The notes below the pieces were generated by a model, which was not told where the DNA came from, ran no database searches, and saw only the letters and a program-made list of their open reading frames with translations. From Octopus sinensis (taxonomy: Eukaryota), in assembly GCF_006345805.1 (NCBI RefSeq), contig NC_043011.1:19852464-19916463 (forward strand): 64,000 nt of DNA, in the 5' to 3' direction. Position 1 is the first letter of the stretch. Each line of letters starts with the position of its first letter. A program made the position numbers and the translations under genes. Of this stretch, positions 26,846 through 39,519 are shown piece by piece.

Positions 26846-28140
26846 TACATATATACATATATATATACATATATATATATACATATAACGTACATATATA
26901 TATATATATATATACATGTATATATATATACATACGTATACATATATATACATAAACGTATGAATATGTGTATATATAATTTGGTGTGTGTGCGTTTGTA
27001 TGTACCACATTTACCCACCATCCATGGGTTTCCTAGGAGAAATATTTGCATTGTTTAGCGACCTATTTTATATGGATAGTTTGCGTTGTTTCAAATATTG
27101 AAAGTTTGGAATGAAATACATTTCGCAAAATTCTTACTTCTGTGTAGAGTACTTTTGCTGCAGCGACAACAACAATAGACATAAAAGTTTTATATATTTC
27201 TCCAAGCTCTGTTACGTACAGTGTTTTCTATAGATAAATGAATGTTCCCTAGAGGTATGACTTGATATACAGCCAAATACATCTTCCATCCAATAACAGT
27301 GAACGAATACACGATACACCATTCATTAGGCTGCTTTAAATAATTACATTGAATATTTTTCCTTGTGTTGCTTTGTCCATAAATAATATCTACTTAAGGC
27401 TACCTACTATAGAGATCTAAAAAAAAAACTGTAATAGAAGTCAATCGAAAGCTTTTCAATATCTATAATTTAGATTGCCTCATCAAGGACTATCGTTAAC
27501 ACAAAGCCGTAAACTTTTAAATTAATTCTAAGAAGTAACAATTACATCTTCAACTATTTTTGAAACTGTATTTCCTAAAGGAGGACTAATAAAAAGAAAA
27601 ACAGTCTACTTACCTAACATCAATCTCTCTTCCTACTATTAACAAGCATTTCTGTCGTGATCAATTCATACTATGGCGTTTATTTCTTGCTTTCATTGAT
27701 AAGTTTTGACGATAAAGCTGATGATATTTCCTATCTCATTGTGAGAGCTATTTCAATTGATGAAAGTACGCCGACAGACAGTAAACCGGAAATTGTTTTA
27801 TCAAACACACTCTTTAAAATCCACGAATACAAACTGAGTTTCAACAATTATAAGAAAGAAGAATGGGCCATTTTCAGGTCCATGGTAAGGTCTGCATACC
27901 CGTATTGCAGGAAGTATAAGTTGTGAAATCTTTGTTTAGAAGTTATTTTATATATTCCATTATGTAAAAATAAATGATTAATAAAAATTCTGAACTTATG
28001 AGGTGTAAGTTTGAAAGTACTTTCAAAAACACAAAACGAAATATTCATTAGAAAATTACCAATTATTCTAGTTACTACTCGAAACCCACTTTTGGATGGA
28101 TTTCTAAACAGATATCCACTGCAATATATCAAAAAAATAT
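25940..28140 (+). pseudogene. Decayed LRR receptor (TLR-ectodomain-like) pseudogene, split by microsatellites at 26410-26990
   Basis: Hydrophobic start (IFTIFTVFCLLTELL), cap-like MLPKGLTLLSYQNNNIS at 26122, then [44 protein letters not shown]; frameshifts and stops throughout. Confidence 0.55.
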
Positions 28141-28147
28141 ATCGTGT

Positions 28148-28460
28148 GGTGGAGGCGTAATGGCCTTGTGGTTAGGGCAGTGGACTCGCGGTTGTAGGAC
28201 CGCCGTTTCGATTCTCAGACCGGGCGTTGTGAGTATTTATTGAGCGAAAACACCTAAAGCTCCACGAGGCTCCGGCAGGGGTGTTGGCTATCCCTGCTGT
28301 ACTCTTTCGCCACAACCTACTCTCACTTTTTCTTCTGTTGGCCTGCTCGCTTAGCCAGCGGGGTGGCATCATTTGAAGGCTAAAACAATGCGAAGTGCAT
28401 TGTGACCAGCCATGTGTAGCAACATCTGATAGCCTGGTCGGTCACGGTGACAACGGTGAT
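28148..28460 (+). mobile_element. tRNA-derived SINE family B, full length
   Basis: ggaggcgtaatggccttgtggttagggcagtggactcg...gtttcgattc head; body shared with 49671-50060 and 29055-29418. Confidence 0.9.
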
Positions 28461-29054
28461 ATATTGTGTGACTGGCCGGAATTCCTTGAAACGAACATTT
28501 ACAGTTTGGTATCTTTCAGATAGTGACCACTAGTGAACCAGTATATATACATTTAGTTGTTGTGTTTCTTTATTTATAACAGAATGTTCTGTCTTTGAAA
28601 TTATGAGGTAAGCTATTGGAATGAATGTAAGTATGGAGAATTATTTTTATGTTTTTCATCTCTGTGTATAAAAGAGTAAGTTCGCATCTAATTAGTTGAT
28701 AGAATAAATATGCCTCAAGAATACTAAATCATCTTAATGAAGACCATTGTAATTAAATAACATGTGAGACAGAAAGTTTTTAATTTATTGTATATATATA
28801 TATATATATATAATTTAAAAATAGGATAAATTATTCAAAAGAATGTAGATATCAAGTAGATAGCGTGGAAAAGGTCATAAGAGAAAACAAAACATGAATT
28901 GTTTCTTTTAAATTTATTTATTTATATTATATAGAGGGTACTACAGTACGACGTGTTTATTTACTTTAGTACTTTTAACTTTAATATTCCCTCCCAGCGT
29001 GAGGCATCTATGTGTAATAATACCCTCTATATAATGTATATAATATATATATAT

Positions 29055-29418
29055 GGAAGCACTCCGTCGGTAACGACGACGAGGGTTCCGGTTGATCCGA
29101 ATCAACGGAACAGCTTGATCGTGAAATTAACGTGTAAGTGGCTGAGCACTCCACAGACACGTGTACCCTTAACGTAGTTCTCGGGGATATTCAGTGTGAC
29201 ACAGAGAGTGACAAGGCCGGCCCTTTGAAATACAGGTACAACAGAAACAGAAAGTAAGGGTGAGAGAAATTGTGGTGAAAGAGTACAGCAGGGATCACCA
29301 CCATCCCCTGTCGGAGCCTCGTGGAGCTTTAGGTGTTTTCGCTCAATAAACACTCACAACGCCCGGTCTGGGAATCGAAACCGCGATGGCCCTAACCAGT
29401 GGGCCATTGCGCCTCCAC
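29055..29418 (-). mobile_element. SINE, family B head with alternative 3' part
   Basis: Reverse complement of the family B head and body (gagctttaggtgttttcgctcaataaacac...ccattgcgcctcc) joined to a tail matching 10740-10835. Confidence 0.85.
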
Positions 29419-29457
29419 TCAATATACATATATATATATAATATATATATATATATT

Positions 29458-29760
29458 GTTTGTTCCTTCTCAAGCCATGCCTGTCTCAAGGGCCGGTTTC
29501 CCGGTTTACTTCGCGTAGATGTTCCCCACCTGGACGGGACGCCCGCCCACTACAGGTGAGCTGCAATATGCAGAAGGAAAGAGTGAGAGAAAGTTGTGGC
29601 GAAAGAGTCAGCAGAAGTTCTCCATTACCTTCTGCCGGAGCTGCGTGGAGCTTAGGTTTTTTTTCGCTCATAAACACACACATCGCCGGGTCTGAGATTC
29701 GAACCCCCGATCCCTCGACCTCGAGTCCGCTGCTCTAACCACTAGGCCATGTGCCTCCAC
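29458..29760 (-). mobile_element. SINE, family B-related head with a third tail type
   Basis: gtccgctgctctaaccactaggccatgtgcctcc head; tail ccccacctggacgggacgccc...gttccttctc. Confidence 0.8.
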
Positions 29761-30286
29761 ATGGTCTATTCTTACATATGTGTGTGTATGTGTGTAAACG
29801 TTAGTTTTACTTTCTGATTTTAATTTTCCTCCTTTTGGATCCATCACTCTTCTTGACCGATTAATTCAAAGCAGGAATTTATTTGTTTTGTTTTCTTTAC
29901 AAATGCAGCTATATAAACACGGTAGACTGGGTATCGCTATGAATTATTGATAAATCCAAGCATCTACAGCATATAAAATCTGTGCATAACTATGAAGAAT
30001 TGAATTTTGATACGTGTCAATGAAATCTCATGAATAAATAATTGCATATATTACTGCATTTTGTATCCTTATTCACGATGTAATTGACGCAGTCTACTTG
30101 GCCACTCCCTCGAAGTTGCTGGCCTAGTACCAAAATTTGAAGCGAGTATTCATGAAATTTAATATAGATGAACCAATTGTAATCTGTCTCACTTCATCCT
30201 CTTTGTTGATAATTATATGCACCCATACACAATCACTCACACACACGCACACACAACCACACAATCACACACACACACACACATAT

Positions 30287-30375
<89 letters not shown>

Positions 30376-30377
<2 letters not shown>

Positions 30378-30534
30378 TGTTTCTTTATTAGCCACACAGA
30401 GCTGAACACAGACAGGACAAATTACAAAGTAAAGCTTTACTTTTGGGGGAGAAAAAAAAAGGAAAAAGTGGGGTAGGTTTTCGATCAAAAGAAAGAAGTT
30501 TTTTTTAAATAATAATAATGATAATAATAATAAC

Positions 30535-30568
<34 letters not shown>

Positions 30569-30965
30569 TCAGAGATCATGAAGAAAAAAAAATGCTTTCT
30601 AATTGATGTATCAATACCGGCAGATGACAACGTGTCTCTAAAAGAAATGGAGAAACTCTCAAAATACAAAGACCTGGAAATAGAGGTAACCAGAATGTGG
30701 AATCTAAAAACAGAAACAATTCCTATCATAGTAGGTGCATTAGGCATGATAAAAAAATATTCAGACAAATACACAACAAAAACACCAGGATTTACAAACA
30801 CATATAACATACAGAAAATTGCACTACTAGGCACTGCACACATCCTACGCAGAACACTTTCCATACAATAACCATCAGAGCATCACAACAAATCACAGCA
30901 CATACCCAAGGCACACAGAGCTGCGCTCGGTAGTGAAGTGAAAGCACGCTATAAAAATAAAACTA

Positions 30966-31038
<73 letters not shown>

Positions 31039-31144
31039 CATGTGCCTGGTGTACCTTTATCAGACGGGTAGTCATGATGGGTATATTGGGCTTCGTATAT
31101 TTTATCCCAGTGTCACTTTGATGGCACGAACTGCTCCCTCACTC

Positions 31145-31186
<42 letters not shown>

Positions 31187-31712
31187 AATAAAAACGATCA
31201 ATAGGGATCGTTATCACAGAAATGTCATGATGTCAAGTGTAAATGGGGAAACATAATGTTTATCCGTGGAAAGAAAAGCCTACGGAAAAGACCACGGTAA
31301 CCTCGGTCCATAATGTCACATGTTAACACATTTATTTGCAAGTAAGTAACCCTCTGTTTTAAATTTTTCCGGGTTCATAGGATCATACTCAACGTGGGTC
31401 CGTCATTCATACGTGCCATCTTTGCTACATCCACCAATAAGTTTTTGAAACATTCGCTAGACAAACCTTGCCTCTCTACTCTCACTTTCCTTTACAAGTG
31501 ATACCTGAAGAAGTTGATGAGAAATTGACCAGAGCGGAAAGTGTTTCTCTCTAATCCTTTCAGACGCATCCACCAGATATATTCTTCGCCATAGCCACAA
31601 TTATGACTAAAATAGCTCTTCCTTCCCGTTTGAAGGAAAGGGGCGTGAGGATATTGACGATAGACTTGGCTGATAAACCGACTCGTCCCACACGTGACAG
31701 CAGTCGTTCAGA
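30376..31712 (-). mobile_element. L1/Tx1-like LINE 3' end flanked by (GATA)n, interrupted by nested (AAT)n-embedded elements
   Basis: Minus strand: [42 protein letters not shown]...KGLERNTFRSGQFLINFFRYH...VRVER...; 3' end tgtggctAATAAAgaaaca; (GATA)n at 30289-30375 and 31710-32110. A second small fragment lies at ~33230-33300. Confidence 0.65.
30567..30968 (+). mobile_element. R4/Dong-clade non-LTR retrotransposon 3' end within (AAT)n
   Basis: KKCFLIDVSIPADDNVSLKEMEKLSKYKDLEIEVTRMWNLKTETIPIIVGALG...QKIALLGTAHILRRTL (RLE domain), then 3' UTR; (AAT)n on both sides. Confidence 0.9.
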
Positions 31713-31743
31713 TAGATAGATGGATAGATAGATAGATAGATAC

Positions 31744-31820
<77 letters not shown>

Positions 31821-31834
31821 TGGATGGATGGATG

Positions 31835-31893
<59 letters not shown>

Positions 31894-32165
31894 GGATGGA
31901 TGGATGGATAGATAGATAGATAGATAGATAGATATATATAGATAGATAGATAGATAGATAGATGATGATAGATAGATAGATAGATAGATAGAGGATAGAT
32001 AGATAGATGGATAGATAGATAGATAGATAGATAGATATAGATAGATAGATAATTAGATAGATTGATAGATTGATAGATAGATAGATAGATGGATAGATAG
32101 ATAGATAGATGGACAGACACACAGATATAAACACACACACACACACTATATATATATATATATAT
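31710..32165. repeat. Compound (GATA)n/(GA)n/(GGAT)n microsatellite
   Basis: Direct repeat; source of the LSIY ORFs. Confidence 0.97.
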
Positions 32166-32224
32166 CCGTCTCGCGAGAGGTACCGCTTATATATATTATA
32201 TATATAATATATATATAATATATA

Positions 32225-32264
<40 letters not shown>

Positions 32265-32802
32265 TATAATATATATATATACATATATATATATATGAAT
32301 GAATGAATTATGCTTTGTTTACCGTTAACATTCAATAAACAGTTACCAGGGTAGCAATATATACGCAAGCAACACGGATGAAGCGACCTATTCAAAGGTA
32401 GAAACACCGGGCTAATGTGCAGTAATTTGTCTATTATAAATAAGTAAATAAATGGAGTTGGACGAAGATGTTATTAAAATTCTTTTACTTTCGACATATG
32501 CTTTTGTATATTTTTGTGTCTATGTGTATGCTTGTGTGTGTGTGTGTGTGCGTGTGTGTGTGTGTGTTTGTGTGTGTACGTGTGTGTGTGTGCGCGCTTG
32601 TCTATGTATTGCACACATTGGAAACCAGATTGTGCAATTCTACCTTTACCCCTAATTTTCATCTCTTCCTATTTTCGTTAAATATTTGCTTATCCAGCTC
32701 ATGTCACCCGAACGAAACGAGAATAGTACCCCTATATATTGTAATTTGATCAGTTGTATTTCCTTCCATCTATACTAGAATATACTAGAATGTGTTTGTC
32801 TC

Positions 32803-33225
32803 GGATCTTTTCGGTGTGAACGGCAGTTTTTTAAAAATAATTTCCACGTAACTAAACACTTTTAAACTTCGTATACTGGTAGAATGTGTTTATAAAACAT
32901 CATTTTCTCTTGGCTTTATTGAGAAAGATCTATAGTTTGTAAGATATTTGTTGTTTTTTTTTTACTTCAATTGCTGCAATTTCAACCAATCATGACGTCT
33001 ATTTCAGATGAAAACATTCTGTGCCGTATGAATATGTCCCTCGTTTAAGAAACAGATTGGGTTTATTTACATTTCTGAAGAAAAAAAATACACTCCCCCA
33101 CCCCTAACCCTAACCCTAACCCTAAATCAGATTGAAATGCAATAGATCGATAGTACGATCATAATTATGAGTGACAATTTCATATGACACCGCTAGAAAA
33201 ACCTGCCCTTCAAACCGAAAATACC
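32803..33225. mobile_element. MITE with terminal inverted repeats and internal (CCCTAA)n
   Basis: ggatcttttcggtgtgaacggcagtttt ... aaaacctgcccttcaaaccgaaaatacc; cccctaaccctaaccctaaccctaa at ~33102-33125. Confidence 0.8.
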
Positions 33226-33332
33226 CTTTGCTTCTAATCCTTTCAGACGCGTCCACCAGATACATTCTTTCGCCATGGCCACAAGCTCTTCCTTCCCGTT
33301 TTACGATAGAGAGACGCCTATAGAACACAACA

Positions 33333-34216
33333 GGCGTCTTTTCCTTTTGAACGGCACTTTGTAACATAATTTCTATGTAACTAAAAAATTTTAAACTTCG
33401 TGCACTGGTAGAATGTGTTTATAAAACATCATTTTCTCTTGGCTTTATTGAGAAAATTCTATAGTTTGTAAGATAGTTCGTCTGAAATTTCGATCATTTC
33501 GGCAATTTTAACCAATCGATTACCTACGTTAACGTAAACATCATTCCGTGCTGTATGAATATGTCCCTCGTTTAAGAAACAGATTGGGTTAATTTACATT
33601 TGTGAAGAAAAAAAGATACCATTCCTCCATCCCTAACCGTAACTAAAACTAACTAACCCTACCTAACCCTAACTCTAACCCTAAATCTAAAATAGATTGA
33701 AATGCAATAGATCGATACTAGGGTTATAATTATGGGTGACATTTCATACGACACAGCTACGGAAAATGGGATTTTTTTCTAGCGGTGTCAAATGAAAATG
33801 TCACCCATAATTATGGCCCTAGTATCGATCTATTGCATTTCAATCTATTTTAGATTTAGGGTTAGAGTTAGGGTTAGGTAGGGTTAATTAGGGTTAGGCA
33901 GGGTTAGTTAGGGTTAGGGGTTGGGGAAGGGTATCTTTTTTCTTCACAAATGTAAATAAACCCAATCTGTTTCTTAAAGGAGGGACATATTCATTATGCA
34001 CAGAATGTTATTTACCTAAATGGAGGTAATTCAGCGGTTAAAATTGCCGAAATGCTCGAAATTTCAGACCAAATATCTTACAAACGATAGAATTTTCTCA
34101 ATAAAGCCAAGAGAAAATGATGTTTTATAAACACATTCTACCAGTATACGTAGTTTAAAACTTTTTAGTTACCTAGAAATTATGTTACAAAGTGCCGTTC
34201 AAAAGGAAAAGATCCC
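33333..34216. mobile_element. ~880-bp palindromic MITE (two inverted copies of the CCCTAA-MITE body) with 6-bp TSD
   Basis: 33333-33775 is the imperfect reverse complement of 33775-34216; acaaca directly repeated at 33327-33332 and 34217-34222. Confidence 0.85.
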
Positions 34217-34384
34217 ACAACAGACGGAATGGTCATGAGTAGAAACACACTGATCAATACTATACTCGATAGGATCTAATCATGGTCAAGACAGCAGGTG
34301 TTTCATTAGAATTTCATTTAATTTCCACGTGGTCGCTTTACCAGGTGCAAACACCTTTAAATATATACATATATATCCTACGGT

Positions 34385-34600
34385 AAGGCGGCGAGTTGGC
34401 AGAATTGTTAGCACGCCGGGCAAATTATTTTGTAGCATTTTGATCGTCTGAACGTTTTGATTTCAAACGCTCTCAAGGTTGACTTTGCATTTTATCCTTC
34501 GCGGTCGATAAAATAAGTACGAGCTAGCACTGGGGGCGATGTAAATGACTTATCCCGTTCCCTGAAACTGCTGACGTTATATCACAATTTGGAACAAACA
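34385..34600 (+). mobile_element. SINE family C, old copy
   Basis: aaggcggcgagttggcagaattgttagcacgccgggc...gactttgcattttatccttc..gtcgataaaataagtac. Confidence 0.75.
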
Positions 34601-35759
34601 TATAGCCTACGATCTTAACAAATGTTGTCCAAGTCTCCAACAATTTCGTTGGCTTTTCTGGTAATTTATTTACCCATCTCGGAAGTAAGAATCCCAACAA
34701 TTAACTCCCACGGGATCTGAACTGATGCACGGGGATAGAACAATTTCTGCAACGCTCTATAAACTGAACGAATTCTCTGTCTATACCTACTGCACCAATT
34801 TTTTCATAACAAGATGAAATGGTAACAACGAAAGTGACTTTTACATGTATGCTATTGAGCTAAACAGCCAAAACATAACAATAAGTCTATTGATTTTATA
34901 CAAGATTTAATTCTGGCTTTGAAATAATTGTAGCAAACATAACCGAACATATTCGCTGTTCCTGTAAAGTATTTCATTAATGCTTAATAACATAGTCTCA
35001 TTGGCTTCTTGACATGACCCTTACATTGATGCAGACACAACATGTATAGGAACATGGTTTTAAAGTGATTCACAATGAATATAATAAATTTCTTTTATCT
35101 TTGTTGTGTGTGGTGTGTTTTTGTCTGTTTGTGCGCACGTGTTCCGCTCTCTTTGTATTATTGTGTGTATACATGTATCTATGTATAGAAATGATTTATT
35201 TGAACAGACCCCGAAGACAAACTCTGGGGTATAACGGTTAGTTTTGATCTAAAATTTGAATCAGTGTGACAAGTGAAATTGGACGAATTTAAGTTAAATA
35301 ATGAATGTAATAAAAACTGTTTTATTATTAAGTTCTTCCTTAATTTTCCGTCTAAAACATGATTGTGAAAACGTTGAATAGACAGGGGGAGGAAATAATG
35401 TGTAAAAGTTTTATTCAATTAAGAAAAGAAGCGAAATTTACTTTAATTCATTAAATTGTCTGCTTGACAGGAAGCTTCTACTTGTTACTGCTACTGTTGT
35501 ACCCAGCTATTGAACTCTCTCAATCGACATCGAAGTTTGGACAGAAGCGGTCGATATGTCTTTGTGTCCGTCTATTTCATTTTGTTCATTGTGTTCGCCC
35601 TCTCTATTTGTCAATTTACCGCTAACTCTTCTTTTGATAAAGGGTCGTTTTTATGGTGAAAATTCAGGAATAAATAACAAAAAGTAGAGTTTTATTAAAC
35701 ACATTACCTTGCTTGCACATCCGTTCAAATTTTGCATACCACATATTTAAAAATCAATA

Positions 35760-35778
35760 AGATAGATAGAAGATAGAG

Positions 35779-35852
<74 letters not shown>

Positions 35853-35902
35853 GCGGGCAGGCAAACATACAGATAAACAGACAGACAGATAGAGAGATAC
35901 AC

Positions 35903-35985
<83 letters not shown>

Positions 35986-36070
35986 CAGACAGGCAGAGGC
36001 AGGCGGACAGATAGATAGACAGACAGACAGACAGATAGATAGACAGATAGATAGATAGATAGATAGATAT

Positions 36071-36159
<89 letters not shown>

Positions 36160-36245
36160 AAATCAAGACGACAGACAAACGGATAGACTAACTGTCTAAC
36201 AGACGGATGGACGACGGATAGACAAATCGACAGACAGACACACAG
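35760..36245. repeat. (GATA)n/(GACA)n microsatellite
   Basis: Direct repeat. Confidence 0.97.
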
Positions 36246-36603
36246 ATGTAAAGTTATGTTTACATGCATAGCAGAACAAAAGTTATATAAAATCAAAAAT
36301 CGTGATGAGTTAGCAATGAAAATTCGGAGGTTGAAGGCTCGGGAAACGTAAATAGTTAATTGTTATAAGAAGAAAGAGGATGAAGCGTGAGAAGAAACTG
36401 GGGATATATAAGAGAGAGAATTGCACCAAGTATGTGATATGCGATTCTACAGTACCACCCAGTTAGAATGAACCAAATCACTTTGTTTAATATCATCGAG
36501 ATTTTGCCATTCCCACCACCATTTTAACTGCTTCAAGAATGCATCATAATATAAACTAAAGGTATACAAATTCTTTCAACATAAATTTTGTTAACATATT
36601 CTT

Positions 36604-36966
36604 TGGTTTCAGTCATTTGACTGCACTTATGCTGGAGCACCGCCTTTAGTCGGGGGCAAATTGACCCCAGAACTTATTTTTTGCCTAGTACTTATTCTAT
36701 CGGCCTCTATTGACGAACCGCTAAGTTACGAGGACGGAAAGACACCAGCATCGCATGTCAAGCGATGTTAGAGGGACAAAGATAGACACAAACACACACA
36801 CACAAACACACACACACACACACATACACAACGGGCTTCTTTCAGTTCCCGTTTACTAAATCCATTCCCAAGGCTTTGGTCGGTCTGAGGCTATAGCAGA
36901 AGATACTTGCACAAGGGGCCATGCAGTGGAACTGAACCCGGAAACATGTGGTTGGGAAGCAAGCTA
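36604..36966 (-). mobile_element. SINE family A
   Basis: Reverse complement of the 21691-22064 type. Confidence 0.85.
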
Positions 36967-37237
36967 AATTTTAAAATTAATTCTATTTAAACATATAGTC
37001 ATTAGTATAAGTGATTAATATAAGTTAAAATAAGTACATTTATTCTATTATTATTTTTTTATTATTTATTATTTTAGACCTGATAAGTGACTATATTTTT
37101 AAATAGAATTAATTTTAAATCGAATTGATTATTTCATTATCATCTATTTGAAAAGAAAAGCCACGAAACACGCGTAGAATTTTAGTACTATTTACTGTTT
37201 ATTGTATTTTATTGATTTTTAGAATAAGGTTATATAT

Positions 37238-37380
37238 ATCTGTAACTTAGTAACTTAGCTCTTCGGCAGAAGAAAATCATAGAATAAGCACCAAGATTCC
37301 CTGGGGTTTATTTCTTAGACTAAAGGGTAGTGCTCCAGCATGGCCACCGTCAAATGACTGAAACAAGTAAAGGAATATAA
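37238..37380 (+). mobile_element. SINE family A 3' fragment
   Basis: aacttagctcttcggcag...gtgctccagcatggccaccgtcaaatgactgaaacaagtaaa. Confidence 0.75.
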
Positions 37381-37715
37381 GAATTCCAGTATAAAGTTCC
37401 GTAGCACTAAACCAAGAAGGTTTTTTTTTTAACATGTACGTAGTAATTAATTCTGTTTACGTGTGCGTAACTGAGATATTCTGGTTGGATTATATAGTTA
37501 CCGTTTTTACACATATTTCTATATTCTGCAAATGTCATAATATAGAAACATTTCCCATGTCACCAGCACACAATTTACATATGCCTACATTTTGTTATTT
37601 TCCGCGAAGTATCCATGGGTCCAGCTAGTATATATATAAGTATAATTAAGGACCTAGAAAAACTCTAGCAATATGCTAAAGATAAAATTTTAAAATAATC
37701 ACACTCACACACATT

Positions 37716-37748
<33 letters not shown>

Positions 37749-37762
37749 ATTATATATAATAT

Positions 37763-37819
<57 letters not shown>

Positions 37820-37924
37820 TATTATATATATATATAAGGAAGGCGTGTCTGTTTCGTTAGTTCCTATATCAAGATTTCAGCTGCTTACTTTTACAAGTCG
37901 TACGAATATATGGTACTTTTATTT

Positions 37925-38115
37925 TTTATCTTTTATTTGTTTCAGTCATTTGACTGCGGCCATGCTTGGGTAACACCTTTAGTTAGGCGAATCGACTTAT
38001 TATATCCGCCTCTTTTGCCAAACCGCGCTGCATTCTTGGGATGTAAACACACGTGCACCGGCTGTCCAGCGATGTTATGGGGACAAGCACAGACACACAA
38101 ACATATACATACATT

Positions 38116-38157
<42 letters not shown>

Positions 38158-38345
38158 TATATATATATATATATTATATATATACATATATATGATGGGT
38201 TTCTTTCACTTTCCCTCTACCAAGTCCACTCAAAAGACTTTGGCCGGCCCGAGGCTATAGTAGAAGGAACTTGTCCTAAGTAGGACTAAACCCGGAACCA
38301 TGTGGTTGGTAAGCAAGCTGCGTACCACACAGCTACTCCTACGCC
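37925..38345 (-). mobile_element. SINE family A, diverged
   Basis: tttcagtcatttgactgcggccatgc...cccggaaccatgtggttggtaagcaagct..accacacagctactcctacgcc. Confidence 0.85.
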
Positions 38346-38935
38346 AACTTATTTACACGTTAAATATTTAATTTTATTTACGCACATTGGCTAATATATG
38401 TTTGCAGAATACCGATCATTCAGCTGTTGTTATACTAAATAATTCCAGCAAATGTCGACACTTTTTGCAGAATTCATCAATAAATTCATTGAACATTCTG
38501 GATGTGATAAGCATCGTCCCCAGAGGCTGATGTAGATAAAACTTTGTAGATTTTATCAATAGTTGAAATGCCTGTGTGTATGAAATGACATTCACTTACA
38601 GCTTAGAAGAAATATAACGTCTACTTATAATGTCATGGAGACATGAATATTCTTCTAGTTCCTAATCAGGAGGAACTTTTTTAATATATTGCAAATTATG
38701 ATAGCAACATATCTTCTGATCAATTCAAGAACAGCTGAATGACAGGAAAAAATAAAACTTACCGAAATACTTCAGCTTATATACTCCGCACTTTCTAAAT
38801 TCCAAACTAATTTCTATATCCATCAGCACCGTGTTGCCTACTCCTACCCGTTGGATGCTCTTTGTATAAAAAATATTTAATTTCATTTTCACTTAAATCT
38901 TCCATTACCAATCTGGTTCCTTAAATGCCAAACTC

Positions 38936-38996
<61 letters not shown>

Positions 38997-39101
38997 GATA
39001 GATAGATAGATAGATAGATAGATAGAAAAATAGATAGATAAATAAATAGATAGATAGATGGATAGATAGAGAGATAGACAGACAGGTAGATAAGGTAGGT
39101 G

Positions 39102-39190
<89 letters not shown>

Positions 39191-39221
39191 TATATATATA
39201 TAAATATATATATGTGTGTGT

Positions 39222-39282
<61 letters not shown>

Positions 39283-39519
39283 GAGAGAGGTAGTTAGATA
39301 GATAGATAGACAGAAAGACAGATTTTATATAGTAATTCTGTTAACAAAAACAACGTCCCCAACATAAAATGCTTGTAAATCTATCGAGATTATAGTCTCG
39401 AAGTTACTGCTACCGTTTACTTACTTTTTCTGTTCGTATTATCGGTGGTTTCAGAGAATCATGTGATAGACATACCTACACACAAACACATGTATGTATA
39501 TTCTTTAAATTGTACAGAG

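Noticed and set aside
28148-28225. tRNA genes at SINE heads
   Set aside because: A/B-box-like heads run directly into SINE bodies; no complete cloverleaf is evident.
33100-33925. (CCCTAA)n/(TTAGGG)n as a telomere or chromosome-fusion scar
   Set aside because: Short tracts at a fixed internal position of a repeated MITE, also present at ~43555.
38400-38930. Minus-strand LVMEDLSENEIKY as another LRR pseudogene
   Set aside because: Only one motif; could be chance in AT-rich DNA.
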